This document shows, piece by piece, positions 34,889 through 35,465 of a stretch of DNA of 35,465 bases. The stretch's first letter is position 1. Every line of letters begins with the position of its first letter. Made by a program: the position numbers and the translations under genes. Below the pieces are notes generated by a model. The model saw only the letters and a list, made by a program, of their open reading frames with translations. It made no database searches and was not told where the DNA came from. Origin of the DNA: Diploschistes diacapsis (Eukaryota); NCBI GenBank assembly GCA_023645945.1, contig JALAIB010000073.1:1-35465 (forward strand), given 5' to 3'.

Positions 34889-35178
34889 TTCTTTTCTTTT
34901 CTTTCCTTTCCTTCTTAGTCTCTCCCACACCCGGCACACCACTGCCCTTCACTGAGCGGTAGGGAACCGGGTACACGAGCCACTTCCCTTTTCCTTTACG
35001 CGGCACAATTCTTTTCTTTTTCCCTTCTTAGTTTCTCCTACGCCGGGCACACTTCTGCTCTTAATTGAGCGGCGGAAAGCCAGGTACACGAGTCACTCCC
35101 CAATTTCTTTTTTACGCGATAGGATAGGCCGAGGGTTGGATGGACGGAACACTTCTGCTCTTGATTGAGCGGCGGAAA
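34889..35178. repeat. Imperfect tandem repeat: two ~113-bp units plus a partial third copy
   Basis: CCTTCTTAGT...GGCACAC...CTGC...TGAGCGG...GGTACACGAG.CACT...TTTACGCG occurs twice (34910-35002 and 35023-35118). The 30-nt core ACACTTCTGCTCTTRATTGAGCGGCGGAAA is at 35049 and 35149. Confidence 0.8.
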
Positions 35179-35266
35179 ACCAACCGACAAACTCCAAGGT
35201 CGTTTGTTTATGTACTCGTATCTAATGAAAGCTGAAGCTGCTCCTGCCGGGGTGGAAATCTACGGG

Positions 35267-35366
35267 CGATCCGATCCGATCCAGCCGGCCGGGCCTACCC
35301 TGGGATCAAGGGGGAACTTACTAAACATGCCATGCCATGCCATGCCATGCATGCAGCTAGCTAGCT
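35267..35366. repeat. Compound microsatellites (CGATC)3, (CATGC)5, (AGCT)3
   Basis: Directly visible: CGATC from 35267, CATGC at 35326-35350, then AGCT units. Confidence 0.85.
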
Positions 35367-35465
35367 CTCTGGTAACACCAATCCAAGCCCATAAACCGAA
35401 TCGCGCCTCACCTACTTTCCACACTAGTAATTCGTACCCCGTCTACACCATACCCGCCCCCAACT

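Noticed and set aside
34889..35178. CRISPR-like repeat/spacer appearance
   Set aside because: Eukaryotic context, only 2-3 degenerate copies, homologous intervening sequence and no cas genes.
35421..35428. ACACTAGT as a Helitron 3' end
   Set aside because: No GC-rich hairpin ~11 nt upstream and no Rep/helicase ORF in the window.

Overview
Eukaryotic DNA from a filamentous ascomycete (Pezizomycotina-like: short GT-AG introns with CTRAC/CTAAT-type branch sites, pacC, fungal gene set). It is gene-dense with about 15 protein-coding genes, most split by introns, so the ORF track fragments them. In order: a Get5-like ubiquitin-like protein (5' truncated), cofilin, rps12, a Vid24/Gid4-family protein, a Par14 parvulin, pacC, an ALKBH6-like dioxygenase, an FHA-forkhead factor, DBP8, an MJ1316-domain protein with a degenerate poly(A)-polymerase-like region, a 3-TM orphan, a QIP/Gfd2-like DEDDh exonuclease, an ING-type PHD protein, a Ser/Thr-rich single-pass membrane protein and a ~738-aa spliced orphan. 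Imperfect structured repeats close the window. The most notable observations are: (i) an apparently catalytically dead nucleotidyltransferase fused to an intact MJ1316 RNA-end-recognition domain, head-to-head with DBP8; (ii) 12 PacC sites around pacC, three of them inside its 70-nt first intron; (iii) the orphan gene followed by hairpin-forming ~113-bp repeats; (iv) recurrent local C-rich to G-rich skew flips. No tRNA, rRNA, CRISPR array or intact transposon was recognised. Family assignments come from motif recognition by eye, not from database searches.
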